Part shown: in pieces, positions 1 through 12,619 of the stretch | How the letters are laid out: the number at the start of each line of letters is the position of its first letter | Numbering within the stretch: the first letter of the stretch is position 1 | From: Candidatus Latescibacterota bacterium | GTDB taxonomy: Bacteria; Latescibacterota; UBA2968; GCA-2709665 | NCBI GenBank assembly: GCA_965226795.1 | Contig: CBDDDZ010000005.1 | Coordinates: forward strand, 352,001-416,000 | Reading direction: 5' to 3' | DNA: 64,000 nt | The notes under the pieces: model-generated | Database searches by the model: none | Seen by the model: only the letters and a program-made list of their open reading frames with translations | What the model was told of the DNA's origin: nothing | Position numbers and translations under genes: made by a program

Positions 1-1283
1 TTGGAAAGCAGGACGACATCCTGAGGCACCCGTGACTTTGAACTCTTGATTTCATTACCAAGCTCGCGCTTTGGCAGTTGTCCCTCGTCATAGGACGGAA
101 TACTGAAATGACTGAATTCGGTGTTCGGTGATAAACCCGGGTTCTCATTGCTGGTCAGTCTCGTTACGATATCACTTAACTTTCCCACCTCCCACCCCTC
201 CGGTATCTCTCCAAGTTCCGAGTCGACCAGCCGGTCGGGGAAGAGGTCGATGACGCTTTTGTCCATGCTGTCGAGATAGGCGCGAGCTCGCTCCACTGTC
301 CAATCGCTCCCCCCCGAGGGGGGAGTGATGAGCGCTGCCTTGGCGCGAACGGGGTCGAAGTCCACAAACCACGACTTGAAAAGCGCACGTGCCATCTCCT
401 CCAGCGTCTCGTTCATCCGCCGGTTTGACTCGATTTTGTCGTCCAGTCTGCCGAGGATGTGGGCGATGGCGCGCTGTTCTGCCACGTCTGATGGTGCCTG
501 CACTTCAAACGATTCGATCATCTGCTTCGTAAGGGCATTTCGGGTACCACCCGAACCCGCCCACGACAAGAGCATTGTCTGGATTTCAGGTGAAACCAAA
601 TAGTAACGCAGAAAGGTCGGGTCCAGTCTGTTGGGGTCGGGCCTAAGGATTGCCACATGTTGGTTAACACGTGCTGGAAGCACCTCCGGATCAACCTGAC
701 AGACGCGCGCGACTGAGTCACCCGTGATGTTTAACAGCACGTCTTTCGGAAACACGTCGACATTTTGGAGAGCATCAGCTTGCTTCTCGCTTATGAACGC
801 CAAGCCGTCACGAGAAAATCCGGAGTTGTATACGTTCTGACTCCGAATTAGCGCGTAGGGGCCGTCATTAATATAGGCTTCTTTGCCGCCGCGAGGCGTC
901 GCACCGCTGCCTATCTTTCTACACACGTCACCCAACTGAACTTGCACCCAGGAGGCCGCAGACGATTTTTCGCTAACGTCCTGTAGAACCTCATAGTTCC
1001 GCTCGATCTCTCGATGAAAACTCTCAGGTAACCGCGCCCAATCGTGTGCCTGTACCAGGATCGGGATGTTGGAATTCTCAATGGCCTCCAGGAGATCGAA
1101 AAAGCCGTCGCCCAGAGGCTTCAGTTCGGGACCTCTCACCACCAGGTCCAGGTCGCTTCCCTCGTGACTCTCGCCCGTGACGCGGCTGCCGTAGGCCCAG
1201 ACCTCCGCGTCGGGAACGTGCTCACGCAGAAGCCCCACAAGGATGCGTCTGTATCGCTGCGGCAGATGCAATCTGTCAGTCAT
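1..1283 (-). CDS. hsdS: Type I R-M specificity subunit HsdS with N-terminal minimal nucleotidyltransferase (MNT) domain; runs off the left edge
   Basis: Manual translation from ATG at 1283: MTDRLHLPQRYRRILVGLLREHVPDAEVWAYGSRVTGESHEGSDLDLVV (GS..DxD NTase motif). It continues without a stop into WVQVQLGDVCRKIGSGATPRGG...EQRAIAHILGRLDDKIESNRRMNETLEEMARALFKSWFVDFDPV...ELGEIPEGWEVGKL (HsdS TRD and conserved helices). Absent from the ORF track because there is no stop in the window. Confidence 0.9.
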   Translation of the reverse strand, partial: MTDRLHLPQRYRRILVGLLREHVPDAEVWAYGSRVTGESHEGSDLDLVVRGPELKPLGDGFFDLLEAIENSNIPILVQAHDWARLPESFHREIERNYEVLQDVSEKSSAASWVQVQLGDVCRKIGSGATPRGGKEAYINDGPYALIRSQNVYNSGFSRDGLAFISEKQADALQNVDVFPKDVLLNITGDSVARVCQVDPEVLPARVNQHVAILRPDPNRLDPTFLRYYLVSPEIQTMLLSWAGSGGTRNALTKQMIESFEVQAPSDVAEQRAIAHILGRLDDKIESNRRMNETLEEMARALFKSWFVDFDPVRAKAALITPPSGGSDWTVERARAYLDSMDKSVIDLFPDRLVDSELGEIPEGWEVGKLSDIVTRLTSNENPGLSPNTEFSHFSIPSYDEGQLPKRELGNEIKSSKSRVPQDVVLLS

Positions 1284-1342
1284 CGTCGCCCTTTGCGATG
1301 ATTTTTGTCAACTCTCTGTCGTCCGTCCGTGCTCCGGAACAA

Positions 1343-1461
1343 CCCTCTCCCAGTGGGAGAGGGTGGCGCGAATCTTGTTGCTGCGCATCGCTTCGGTTCG
1401 TCTGTCCGGCAGTCAGACCCTCTCCCTCTGGGAGAGGGTGGCGCGAAGCGCCGGGTGAGGG
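1343..1461. repeat. Two copies of a palindromic REP-like repeat CCCTCTCCC-NNN-GGGAGAGGG-TGGCGCGAA(GCGCCGGGTGAGGG)
   Basis: Copies at 1343-1372 (partial) and 1418-1461; a third near-identical copy lies at 3767-3810 inside hsdM. Confidence 0.9.
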
Positions 1462-1562
1462 TGTGCTTCGCGGGTTTTGGCTGTGGCGACGCAGCCGGGC
1501 AGGTCGGGTACGTAGGCCGCGTAGTTATTGGGGGTCCTTTCGATCACGACGGTGTATTTCAT
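1413..1562 (-). pseudogene. HicB-like antitoxin N-terminal fragment truncated by repeat insertion
   Basis: ATG 1562 with upstream AAGGAGGA. Reads MKYTVVIERTPNNYAAYVPDLPGCVATAKTREA (typical HicB-like N-terminus), then repeat-derived [16 protein letters not shown] and stop at 1413-1415. Confidence 0.8.
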
Positions 1563-1642
1563 CCGTTGAATTCCTCCTTCAAGCCGGAATGCAGTTGCGT
1601 GTGGTTCCGGGAGTCGTCATCCGAGGAAATAGCAACCCGTCT

Positions 1643-3378
1643 TCACGCTTTGAAGGGCCGATACTCGACCAGCGCCGATCGTCCGACAATTTCCACGATT
1701 CGCACGGTCATCTCGACGCCATTTGCGTCGGTGAGTCGCAGGTCTTCGCCAAGCATGAAATGCACCGGCTGCTGCTGGCCCTGGTTGATGGCAATGTTGG
1801 ATGCGTAGAGATAGGTTCGGTCGAGGGTGTCGCGAATCGGATTCAAACGCCCGTTCAGCCCCGGAACCTGATCGCTCGCCTCAGAAAAAATAACGGCGCC
1901 ACCACCGTGAAGGGACTCAAGCTCGATGGTGAGCGCACCATCCGAGGGGATCCAGTCGCGTTCGCAGTGCGCGGCAAAGCCGTGAGCAGCGGCGAATACG
2001 GTCATTGGGAGATCGTCCTTATGCAGTCCGATACTCGCTTCACCCAGCGCATCCGTCGTCGCCTGTTTCCAGGTCTTGTTCGGGAACAGCACCAGCAATT
2101 CCGTATTGGCGAGCCCGAGGTCGCCGGCGCGCACGCTGATGAGTACACGGGTCGGACTCGGCTCGGTGGAGGCCGCCGGCAGCGTAACGCGAAGTTCCGC
2201 GCCCCCGACCAGGTCGAACCGTGGCAGACGCCCGGCGAGTTCCCGGGTTTCTCTGCGAATGACGGGTACGCCGTCACCGCGCCGCTCCATGATGAAGAGT
2301 CGCCCGCCCGCCCCCTGGATTCCGCTGGTTGGCATCCGGCCGAAGACCGAGGCGAGGACCTCGTTACGAGTTGCCTGGCGATATTCCAACTCTTCAACGG
2401 TGAGACTGTTGGCCAGTGCGCCGGGAGACTGGATTTCCACCCGGTCGGCGAACATGGAAAGTCGAATTCGGCTTCCGCGTATCGAATAGTCGCGGTGGGC
2501 AACGGCGTTGGCGAGAGCCTCGAACAGTGCCTCCGCGCTGTACTGGGGCAGATCCAGGCGTGCCGGGTCCTTGTACGCTCCCACGCGCATGTTGCGCACT
2601 GCGAAAGCGATCGCTTCGGCGATTTGCCTGTTGAGGGGACCGGTGATCACCTGGGTGTCGAGTTGGCCGGAAGCCCGATCGGTACCGCGGTAATGGGTCG
2701 CGGTGATGCAGGCATTTGGTAGCCATTCCTCAGGCGAGTGGCTGCAAAACAGGATACCGGCGACAGTCGCACGCAGCGTACCATGTTCGTCGAGTCCGAG
2801 AAGGCCCATTTTCTCCAGCGCCGTCTCCGGATCAGCCCTTCCTTCCGCGCTCAATAATGGTTTCCAGAGCGCCTCATCCAGCGTTCCCTTTCCGGTGTTG
2901 GGTACGGGCTGCTTGTCGAACCACAGGAACCGCGCCTGTCCACGCCGTTGTGCCAGGCGCAACCGTTCGCCGCTCGTCATTATGCGCTTTGTTCCGCCTA
3001 CCCGAACGTAACTACCCCCGGGGCTGTCATGTTGCGTTTCGCTCTGAGGCACTTCGACCAGAAGCAACCGTTTGCCATCCAGTTCTCTGTGATAGGTGTT
3101 TACACGAACGGAAGGCTTGATGGCGTCAGTGCTGATTTCTACCAGAGTGGAATCAAGTTCGACGATCTGTTCACGCGACATGCCCTGAATTTCACCCGCG
3201 TCGGTAGCGCCACAGAGCAGTATGCCGCCGTCCGAGTTGGTAAAAGCAGCGATTTCATCGGCCCAATCATCGCGGCTCGGATTTCTCGGACGGTTCCCCG
3301 AAAACTCGACCCGCTTGAATTCCCAATGGCTATCCTCGCCCAGGCGAAGTTGGCGCGCGATCCGCTGGTCAGTGTAGT

Positions 3379-3382
<4 letters not shown>
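1643..3382 (-). CDS. Schlafen/AlbA_2-domain protein with RecG-C/HATPase_c_4-like domain and an extra C-terminal beta-rich domain
   Basis: The frame stays open upstream of the ORF-track start (3181) to an ATA at 3382: (I/M)[22 protein letters not shown]...[20 protein letters not shown] (AlbA_2). Later [12 protein letters not shown]...RVEIQSPG...TRNEVL...MERRGDG matches HATPase_c_4-like. Confidence 0.8.
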
Positions 3383-5037
<1,655 letters not shown>

Positions 5038-5091
5038 CGTGTATAGCTCCCGTGTTTACCGTCCCTGAGCTAAGCCTTTGCACACCATTTA

Positions 5092-5120
5092 AGTATAATC
5101 CTTAATTATTGACAGTCAAT
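5092..5120 (-). promoter_or_regulatory. sigma70-like promoter of the hsdM operon overlapped by palindrome ATTGAC-A-GTCAAT
   Basis: Minus strand TTGACT (5119-5114), 16 nt, TATACT (5097-5092); perfect inverted repeat at 5108-5120. Confidence 0.6.
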
Positions 5121-5284
5121 GCAAAACAGGCAGTTTGGGACCGAGCCCGCCGCCCGGTGTCGCATTTTGTGACACTGCTATCGACGACGGTCATATGCGA
5201 TTTTTGTAGGGGCGGTTCGCGAATTGGTGTTCACGTGAAGCGCGGGCATCTTGCCGGGCGGCCAAAACGCGTTCACCTCCCAAT

Positions 5285-5353
5285 TACTCCCCCCACCGGC
5301 GCGCCTACGGGCTGGCGCCCCTGGCTTGCCGACTCCCCCTCAAGGGAGGAGTA
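5285..5353. repeat. Palindromic repeat TACTCCCCCC...ACTCCCCCTCAAGGGAGGAGTA
   Basis: Terminal inverted ends and an internal hairpin; a related hairpin lies at 305-328 inside hsdS. Confidence 0.6.
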
Positions 5354-5423
5354 ACGCGCGATGTCCTGATGCGGTATCTCTGCCTGCGGGATAGGCGGGA
5401 GGCGGTTCCATCATACAATAACC

Positions 5424-5456
5424 AAAAAGGTTTGCGGGATATTCACGCAAACCTTT
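5424..5456 (-). terminator. Intrinsic terminator after tRNA-Ala
   Basis: Minus strand AAAGGTTTGCG-loop-CGCAAACCTTTTT. Confidence 0.65.
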
Positions 5457-5464
5457 GTTTTTTA

Positions 5465-5540
5465 TGGTGGAGCTGATCGGGATCGAACCGATGACCTCAT
5501 GACTGCCAGTCATGCGCTCTCCCAGCTGAGCTACAGCCCC
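5465..5540 (-). tRNA. tRNA-Ala (GGC)
   Basis: GGGGCTGTAGCTCAGCTGGGAGAGCGCATGACTGGCAGTCATGAGGTCATCGGTTCGATCCCGATCAGCTCCACCA; 76 nt cloverleaf, anticodon GGC, G3:U70 pair, encoded CCA. Confidence 0.98.
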
Positions 5541-5561
5541 ACCTCTGGGCAATGTGGACGA

Positions 5562-5590
5562 AGTGTAACAAAGCGACCGCTACCTGTCAA
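5562..5590 (-). promoter_or_regulatory. sigma70 promoter of tRNA-Ala
   Basis: TTGACA-17 nt-TACACT on the minus strand, with TG before the -10. Confidence 0.8.
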
Positions 5591-5686
5591 GCGAAAAGGC
5601 TTGTATTGGGCCCTTCGGGGCGAGTGATTTCGGGTTGCTCGAACGCGCGCCGGAGCGCCTCGTCTGCGCCGCGCTTCCGCGAGTCG

Positions 5687-7807
<2,121 letters not shown>

Positions 7808-7863
7808 TTAAAGGCCCGCATGAGGTTTTTGGCCCATTGACGAGGACCTCCTCCGGCGAAAGA

Positions 7864-8739
7864 TCAGCGTGCGCCCGCGAGAATTGCCAGCAGCCCCAGT
7901 ACCATTCCGGCTTTGAGGAACCGGTTGACCTGGCGGAGGCGGCTTGTATCCGGGACGCGTCGCACGGAAAACATGACACCGACCAGCAAGGCATTCAGCG
8001 CACAAACGAGGATGAGATAGGGGAGCCCGTAGAGGTCCAGGATGTACGGTACCGGGGTAAGGAGAATCAGGAGCGCGTACGCGGCAATGGCCAGGCGGCA
8101 GGATCTGGCCGGTCCCCAGCCGAGGGGCAGGGTTCCGCCGGGCGCCATGCGGTCTCCGGGGATGTCTTGAGCGTCTTTGAGAATTTCCCTGCCGAAATGG
8201 TAGATGGCTGCAAACAGGGCGGGTACGGCGGCGGGAACGGGAGCGCGGACGGCGAACCCGCCGTAGAAGAAAGCCATGCCGCACAGAAGGCTTACCACAA
8301 CGTTGCCGGCAACCGGGATGTGTTTCAACCGCCGGTTATAGGCCACGAGGCAGCCGCAGGCGGCCGCGGCGGTCAGCATGGCTTCTGGAGGCAGCAAAAG
8401 GCCGAGGCCCAGGCCGAGCGCCAGGAAGAAAACGCCTTCAATGCGGGCTGCAAGGGGGTTGAGACGGGCGGAAGGAAGGGGCCGGTGTGGGTGGTTGATG
8501 CGATCGGATTCCAGATCCCACACGTCGTTGAGCGCATTCCCGCCGGCCATAACGGCTGCGGCGGAGAAAGCGGCAATCCAGAGCGACGCGGGAAGCGCGT
8601 GGAAACCCAGCCACCCGCCCAGGAGCACCGAGGCGAAGGTGATGAGACAGTTCTGAGGGCGCGTGATCTGGAGGCCCGCGCGAAAGGCGGCGGCTTCGGA
8701 AAGGTCAGACCGGAGCGGCGCCGGATTCTTTGAAGACAT
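7864..8739 (-). CDS. UbiA-family prenyltransferase, DGGGP-synthase-like
   Basis: ITRPQN, NDVWDLESDRINHPHRPLPS, REILKDAQDIPGD; multiple TM helices. Confidence 0.85.
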   Translation of the reverse strand: MSSKNPAPLRSDLSEAAAFRAGLQITRPQNCLITFASVLLGGWLGFHALPASLWIAAFSAAAVMAGGNALNDVWDLESDRINHPHRPLPSARLNPLAARIEGVFFLALGLGLGLLLPPEAMLTAAAACGCLVAYNRRLKHIPVAGNVVVSLLCGMAFFYGGFAVRAPVPAAVPALFAAIYHFGREILKDAQDIPGDRMAPGGTLPLGWGPARSCRLAIAAYALLILLTPVPYILDLYGLPYLILVCALNALLVGVMFSVRRVPDTSRLRQVNRFLKAGMVLGLLAILAGAR

Positions 8740-10408
8740 CGGCGGCGTCCCGAATGGAATACCGGTAACCCTGTTCGGTAAGAAACGTCTGGCGCTTGCG
8801 GGCGAATTCCAATTCCCGGGTATCCGTGGTCACCAGGGTGTAGAAGTGCGCCAGGCTGCCATTGGTCTTGGGTCGGAGAATGCGTCCCAACCGCTGGGCT
8901 TCTTCCTGGCGTGAACCGAATGTCCCGGAAATCTGGATGGCCACGTTGGCATCCGGCAGGTCGACGGCGAAGTTGGCTACCTTGGAGACGACCAGAAGTC
9001 GGATATCGCCCTGCCGGAAACGCTCGTATAACCGGTCGCGCTCGTGGCTGGGGGTTTTGCCTGTAATGATTGGCGCATCCAGTTCTCTGGCGAAGGCTTC
9101 GACCTGGTTGACATACTTGCCAATCACCAGGATCTGATCCTTGTCGTGTTTTCGGATGAGTTGTTTTGCCAGAGGGATTTTGGACGGATTCTCCGAGGCG
9201 ATCCGGAATTTACCGCGGCCCCCGGCAACGGCGTAGTCCAGTCTCAGATGCTGCGGCAACGGGAGGCGGATCTCACGGCATTCCGCTGTGGCTATCCAGC
9301 CCCGGGACTCCAGATCACGCCAGGGCACGTCGAAGCGTTTCGGGCCAATGAGACTGAAGACGTCCGCTTCGAGACCGTCTTCCCGTACCAGCGTGGCGGT
9401 GAGGCCCAGCCTGCGTCTCGCCTGGAGTTCGGCGGTAAAGCGGAAGACGGGCGCGGGCAACAGATGAACTTCGTCGTACAGGATAATTCCCCAGTTGCCC
9501 TGGTTGAAGATGGCGAAGTGTGGAAATGCATCGCCCTTTTTCTTTCGATAGGTGAGGATATTGTACGTAGCGATGGTGATGGGCCGAATTTCTTTGACTT
9601 CCCCTGAATATTCGCCGATCTGGTCCGCCTTCAGGTCTGTCTTGTCCAGCAGTTCCGCTTTCCATTGGCGAGAGGCGGTGATGTTGGTGGTGAGGATGAG
9701 CGCCTGGGTCTGAAGGCGTTCGATCGCGGCGATACCCACGATGGTTTTTCCCGAGCCGCAGGGCAGAACCACCACGCCGCTGCCCCCTTCCGGCCCGCCG
9801 CCAGCGTGAAAGATCTCCATGGCCTCCCGCTGGTAGTCGCGCAGGTGAAACGGAGCGCCCGACCGCGCGATGGCTCGTCGACGCAGCGTCAGATTCCGGC
9901 CGGGTACGTACCCGGCGAGATCCTTGACGGGAAAGCCGATGCGGGTGAGCGCCTGTTTAAGGTGGCCCCGGTAAAGCAGGTCGACTTTGATGCGATGCGC
10001 GTCAATCTTGCGATTCAGATAGGGCCGCACGGATTTGTGATGGCAGATTTCGGTGATCAGCAGCGGATCGTCGGCGGAGAGAATGAGGTCGTTCCCGGAT
10101 CGTTCCAGTCGAATTCGACCGTATCGCCCGAGGGTCTCCCGGATTTCAACGGAGACGTTCTGCGGGATCTCATATTTGCTGAATGATTCCAGAGCGCCGA
10201 TGATTTCGTCGGCCGTGATACCTGCCGCCGCGGCGTTCCAGAGCGATAGCGGGCTGACGCGATAGGTGTGAATGTATTCGGGGCTTTTTTCCAGCTCGGC
10301 AAAGCGGGCAAGAACGCCCCGGGCGGCTTCGTAACGTGGTCCGCCGACCTCCGCAAGAACCGACATGTCGCTCTGCACAATTAGTGGATTTTGGGAATTG
10401 TATGACAT
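8705..10408 (-). CDS. Bacterial XPB/Rad25-like SF2 DNA helicase
   Basis: NPLIVQSD, ELEKSPEYIHTYR, LPCGSGKT, DEVH, GLTATLVREDG, QRLGRILRPK. Start placed at MSYNSQ rather than the ORF-track 10537. Confidence 0.93.
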   Translation of the reverse strand: MSYNSQNPLIVQSDMSVLAEVGGPRYEAARGVLARFAELEKSPEYIHTYRVSPLSLWNAAAAGITADEIIGALESFSKYEIPQNVSVEIRETLGRYGRIRLERSGNDLILSADDPLLITEICHHKSVRPYLNRKIDAHRIKVDLLYRGHLKQALTRIGFPVKDLAGYVPGRNLTLRRRAIARSGAPFHLRDYQREAMEIFHAGGGPEGGSGVVVLPCGSGKTIVGIAAIERLQTQALILTTNITASRQWKAELLDKTDLKADQIGEYSGEVKEIRPITIATYNILTYRKKKGDAFPHFAIFNQGNWGIILYDEVHLLPAPVFRFTAELQARRRLGLTATLVREDGLEADVFSLIGPKRFDVPWRDLESRGWIATAECREIRLPLPQHLRLDYAVAGGRGKFRIASENPSKIPLAKQLIRKHDKDQILVIGKYVNQVEAFARELDAPIITGKTPSHERDRLYERFRQGDIRLLVVSKVANFAVDLPDANVAIQISGTFGSRQEEAQRLGRILRPKTNGSLAHFYTLVTTDTRELEFARKRQTFLTEQGYRYSIRDAADVFKESGAAPV

Positions 10409-10601
10409 AGAGGCTGGAGAAGGGCGGGCAGTCTCCGGGAGAGAGCCGGGAAGGTTGGGACGCTGTTCCGGGATGTCTTCGCGTACCCGGTCGGACATCC
10501 GAAATCGGCGTCCATTCAGGCCGATGGCCTGCCGCAAGGGAGCCCTCGGCCTGAATGTGAATTGAGCTTGCGCCGGGCGCCGTGAGTTATGGGTCCGTAA
10601 T

Positions 10602-12089
10602 TTATGCCGCGTCCGCGGAATCGGATTGGCGTTCTCCCTCGAATTGTGCGACGACCGCGGCGCCGATGGCGTCGCCCCAGACGTTGACGGTGGTGCGGCA
10701 GCGGTCCAGGAACCAGTCGATGACCAGGATAAGGGTGATGCCCTCGATGGGCAGGCCCACGGCTCGCAGGACGATGACCATGGTCACCAGACCGGCCTCG
10801 GGAATTCCGGCGGCGCCGATGGCGGCCAGGGTGGCGGTGAGAAAGATGATGACCATTTCAACCGGACCCATCGTGATGCCGTAGACCTGCGCGATGAAAA
10901 TGGCGGCTACGGCTTCATAAAGCGCGGTACCATCCATATTGATGGTGGCGCCAAGCGGCAATACGAAGCTCGAGACCCGTTTGGAGACGCCGTTTCGCTT
11001 GGTAACGCAATCGATCGTGAGCGGCAACGTCGCCGAACTGGAAGCCGTGGAAAAAGCCGTGCCAAGGGCCGGGAGCTGATTGTGTCCGTATTTTTTGACG
11101 TTTCTCTTGCCAAAGAAGCGGAGGATCAACGGGAGGACGATCAGACCGTGGATCAACAGGGCCAGAATAACTGTGGAGGCGTACCACCCGAGCTTGGTAA
11201 GCTCCGGCAGAAAACCCGCCCAGCCGCCGCTGCTGCCCATGCGTCCGGCAATCAGACCGAATATCCCCACGGGAGCGAAACCGATGACGATGTGTACAAT
11301 CTTCATAATGGCGTCGTTGATGCCCGCAATGACGTCGATAACCGGACGGGTCCGGTTCCCGAGAGTGGTCAGCACGCCGCCGAAGAGCAGGGAGAAGACG
11401 ATCAGTGGCAGGACATCGGTTTCGACCATGGCCTTAAATATGTTGACCGGGATCATGCCAACGAGCATGTCGACAAATATATCGACAACAGAGCGGTCCT
11501 TCCCTCTTACCCGTTCGGACATTCCCAGGTCGACGTGGACGCCAAGGCCGGAAGGCATCGGCACGACGGCTTCCCGTGTGTCCCGGTCGAGCCAGCCTTC
11601 CACCCGGAGGTTGTCGGACGTGTGTCTTGCATCGGCGTCGATCGAGCCCACGATATTCTGGTCCGCCAGCAGAACCTGGTAACGGCCGTCGTAACCGGAT
11701 TCGGATAGCTTGGCGTTCTGCAGGCGCACCCAGTTGTCCTCAACCGTATACCGGGCGCCATCCAGAGATTCGCCAGCCGACACACCCACGCCCGGCCTGA
11801 TAATGTTGACCAGAATGAGCCCGACGAGGACGGCCATGCCGGTCGTCACCATATAATACATAATGGTGCGCTTGCCGATGCTGCCCAGCCTGCGAACGTC
11901 TCCCAGGTTCGTGATGCCGATGATCATCGAGGCAACCACGAGCGGAACCACGATCATTTTGAGCGCGTTGAGAAAGATCTCGCCCAGAAATTTGACGTGC
12001 AACGCCTGCTCGGGGAACAGGCCGCCGAACAGAGCGCCCAACAGAATGGCGAGCAGGATGTAAATCAGAAACCGGTTGTGTTGCGACAT
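10602..12089 (-). CDS. Dicarboxylate/amino acid:cation symporter (DAACS, GltP/EAAT-like)
   Basis: LKMIVVPLV, STASSSATLP, INMDGTALYE, DRCRTTVNVWGD; start placed at MSQHNR. Confidence 0.93.
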   Translation of the reverse strand: MSQHNRFLIYILLAILLGALFGGLFPEQALHVKFLGEIFLNALKMIVVPLVVASMIIGITNLGDVRRLGSIGKRTIMYYMVTTGMAVLVGLILVNIIRPGVGVSAGESLDGARYTVEDNWVRLQNAKLSESGYDGRYQVLLADQNIVGSIDADARHTSDNLRVEGWLDRDTREAVVPMPSGLGVHVDLGMSERVRGKDRSVVDIFVDMLVGMIPVNIFKAMVETDVLPLIVFSLLFGGVLTTLGNRTRPVIDVIAGINDAIMKIVHIVIGFAPVGIFGLIAGRMGSSGGWAGFLPELTKLGWYASTVILALLIHGLIVLPLILRFFGKRNVKKYGHNQLPALGTAFSTASSSATLPLTIDCVTKRNGVSKRVSSFVLPLGATINMDGTALYEAVAAIFIAQVYGITMGPVEMVIIFLTATLAAIGAAGIPEAGLVTMVIVLRAVGLPIEGITLILVIDWFLDRCRTTVNVWGDAIGAAVVAQFEGERQSDSADAA

Positions 12090-12171
12090 TGCGATACGCT
12101 CCCAGGTAAGGAATTCTGCCTGTGATTCTGAAAGGATTGGCCGGATCATCCGTGTTGGATAACGAATCTTA

Positions 12172-12290
12172 AGGATACGTAGACCGGATATGTTTGTCAA
12201 TTGGTTTCGTGCGGGCCGAGCCGGCAGCGAAAAGAAAGAAAATAATTTGACTTTAACGGTTGGTTTACATAATTTTATATGCCTTATAAT
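12172..12290. promoter_or_regulatory. AT-rich divergent promoter region
   Basis: Minus strand TTGACA-17-TATCCT toward the DAACS gene; plus strand TTGACT/TTTACA and TATAAT hexamers (spacing non-ideal) toward the small gene at 12428. Confidence 0.5.
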
Positions 12291-12427
12291 ATAAAATGGG
12301 TCAGTCGTTTCTGGCGTCCTTGTTACACTCTGCCGACGTGTGTTGTCACTCTATGGGGCGGGGTGCTGCCGGTTTATTGCAGCCCATTTCGGGAGGAGCC
12401 ACAAACCAGGTGGATGGGAGGGTACGG

Positions 12428-12619
12428 ATGGAAAATCAATTTACACAGTGTCTGAAGTGCAATACGGGTATCTTGCTTCCTTTGTCCGACTACGGGCGCG
12501 ATGGCGCGCCTATTCACTATAAGGCCTGGGTCTGCAATAGCCCCGATTGCGGGTTCAACCTGCGTATCGATAACGGCGAAATCAGCATGGGAAGAAACAT
12601 CGCCGAGTCGTACAAATAA
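12428..12619 (+). CDS. Small Zn-ribbon-like protein (63 aa)
   Basis: MENQFTQCLKCNTG...KAWVCNSPDCGF; CxxC and CxxxxC; GGGAGG RBS. Confidence 0.75.
   Translation: MENQFTQCLKCNTGILLPLSDYGRDGAPIHYKAWVCNSPDCGFNLRIDNGEISMGRNIAESYK

Noticed and set aside
1343..1461. Possible CRISPR array
   Set aside because: Only two unequal copies, a dispersed third copy inside a CDS, and no cas genes; this is REP-like.
1298..2722. 474-aa plus-strand ORF and other long antisense ORFs (e.g. 13093-14496, 22284-23768, 30912-32237, 55628-56662)
   Set aside because: They are shadows of well-supported genes on the opposite strand in GC-rich DNA and show no recognisable motifs.
5100..5465. Integrase or prophage at tRNA-Ala
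   Set aside because: No recombinase or phage gene and no duplicated att sequence within the window.
5340..5552. 70-aa ORF MPRGGAVAQLGER...
   Set aside because: It is a translation of the tRNA-Ala gene.
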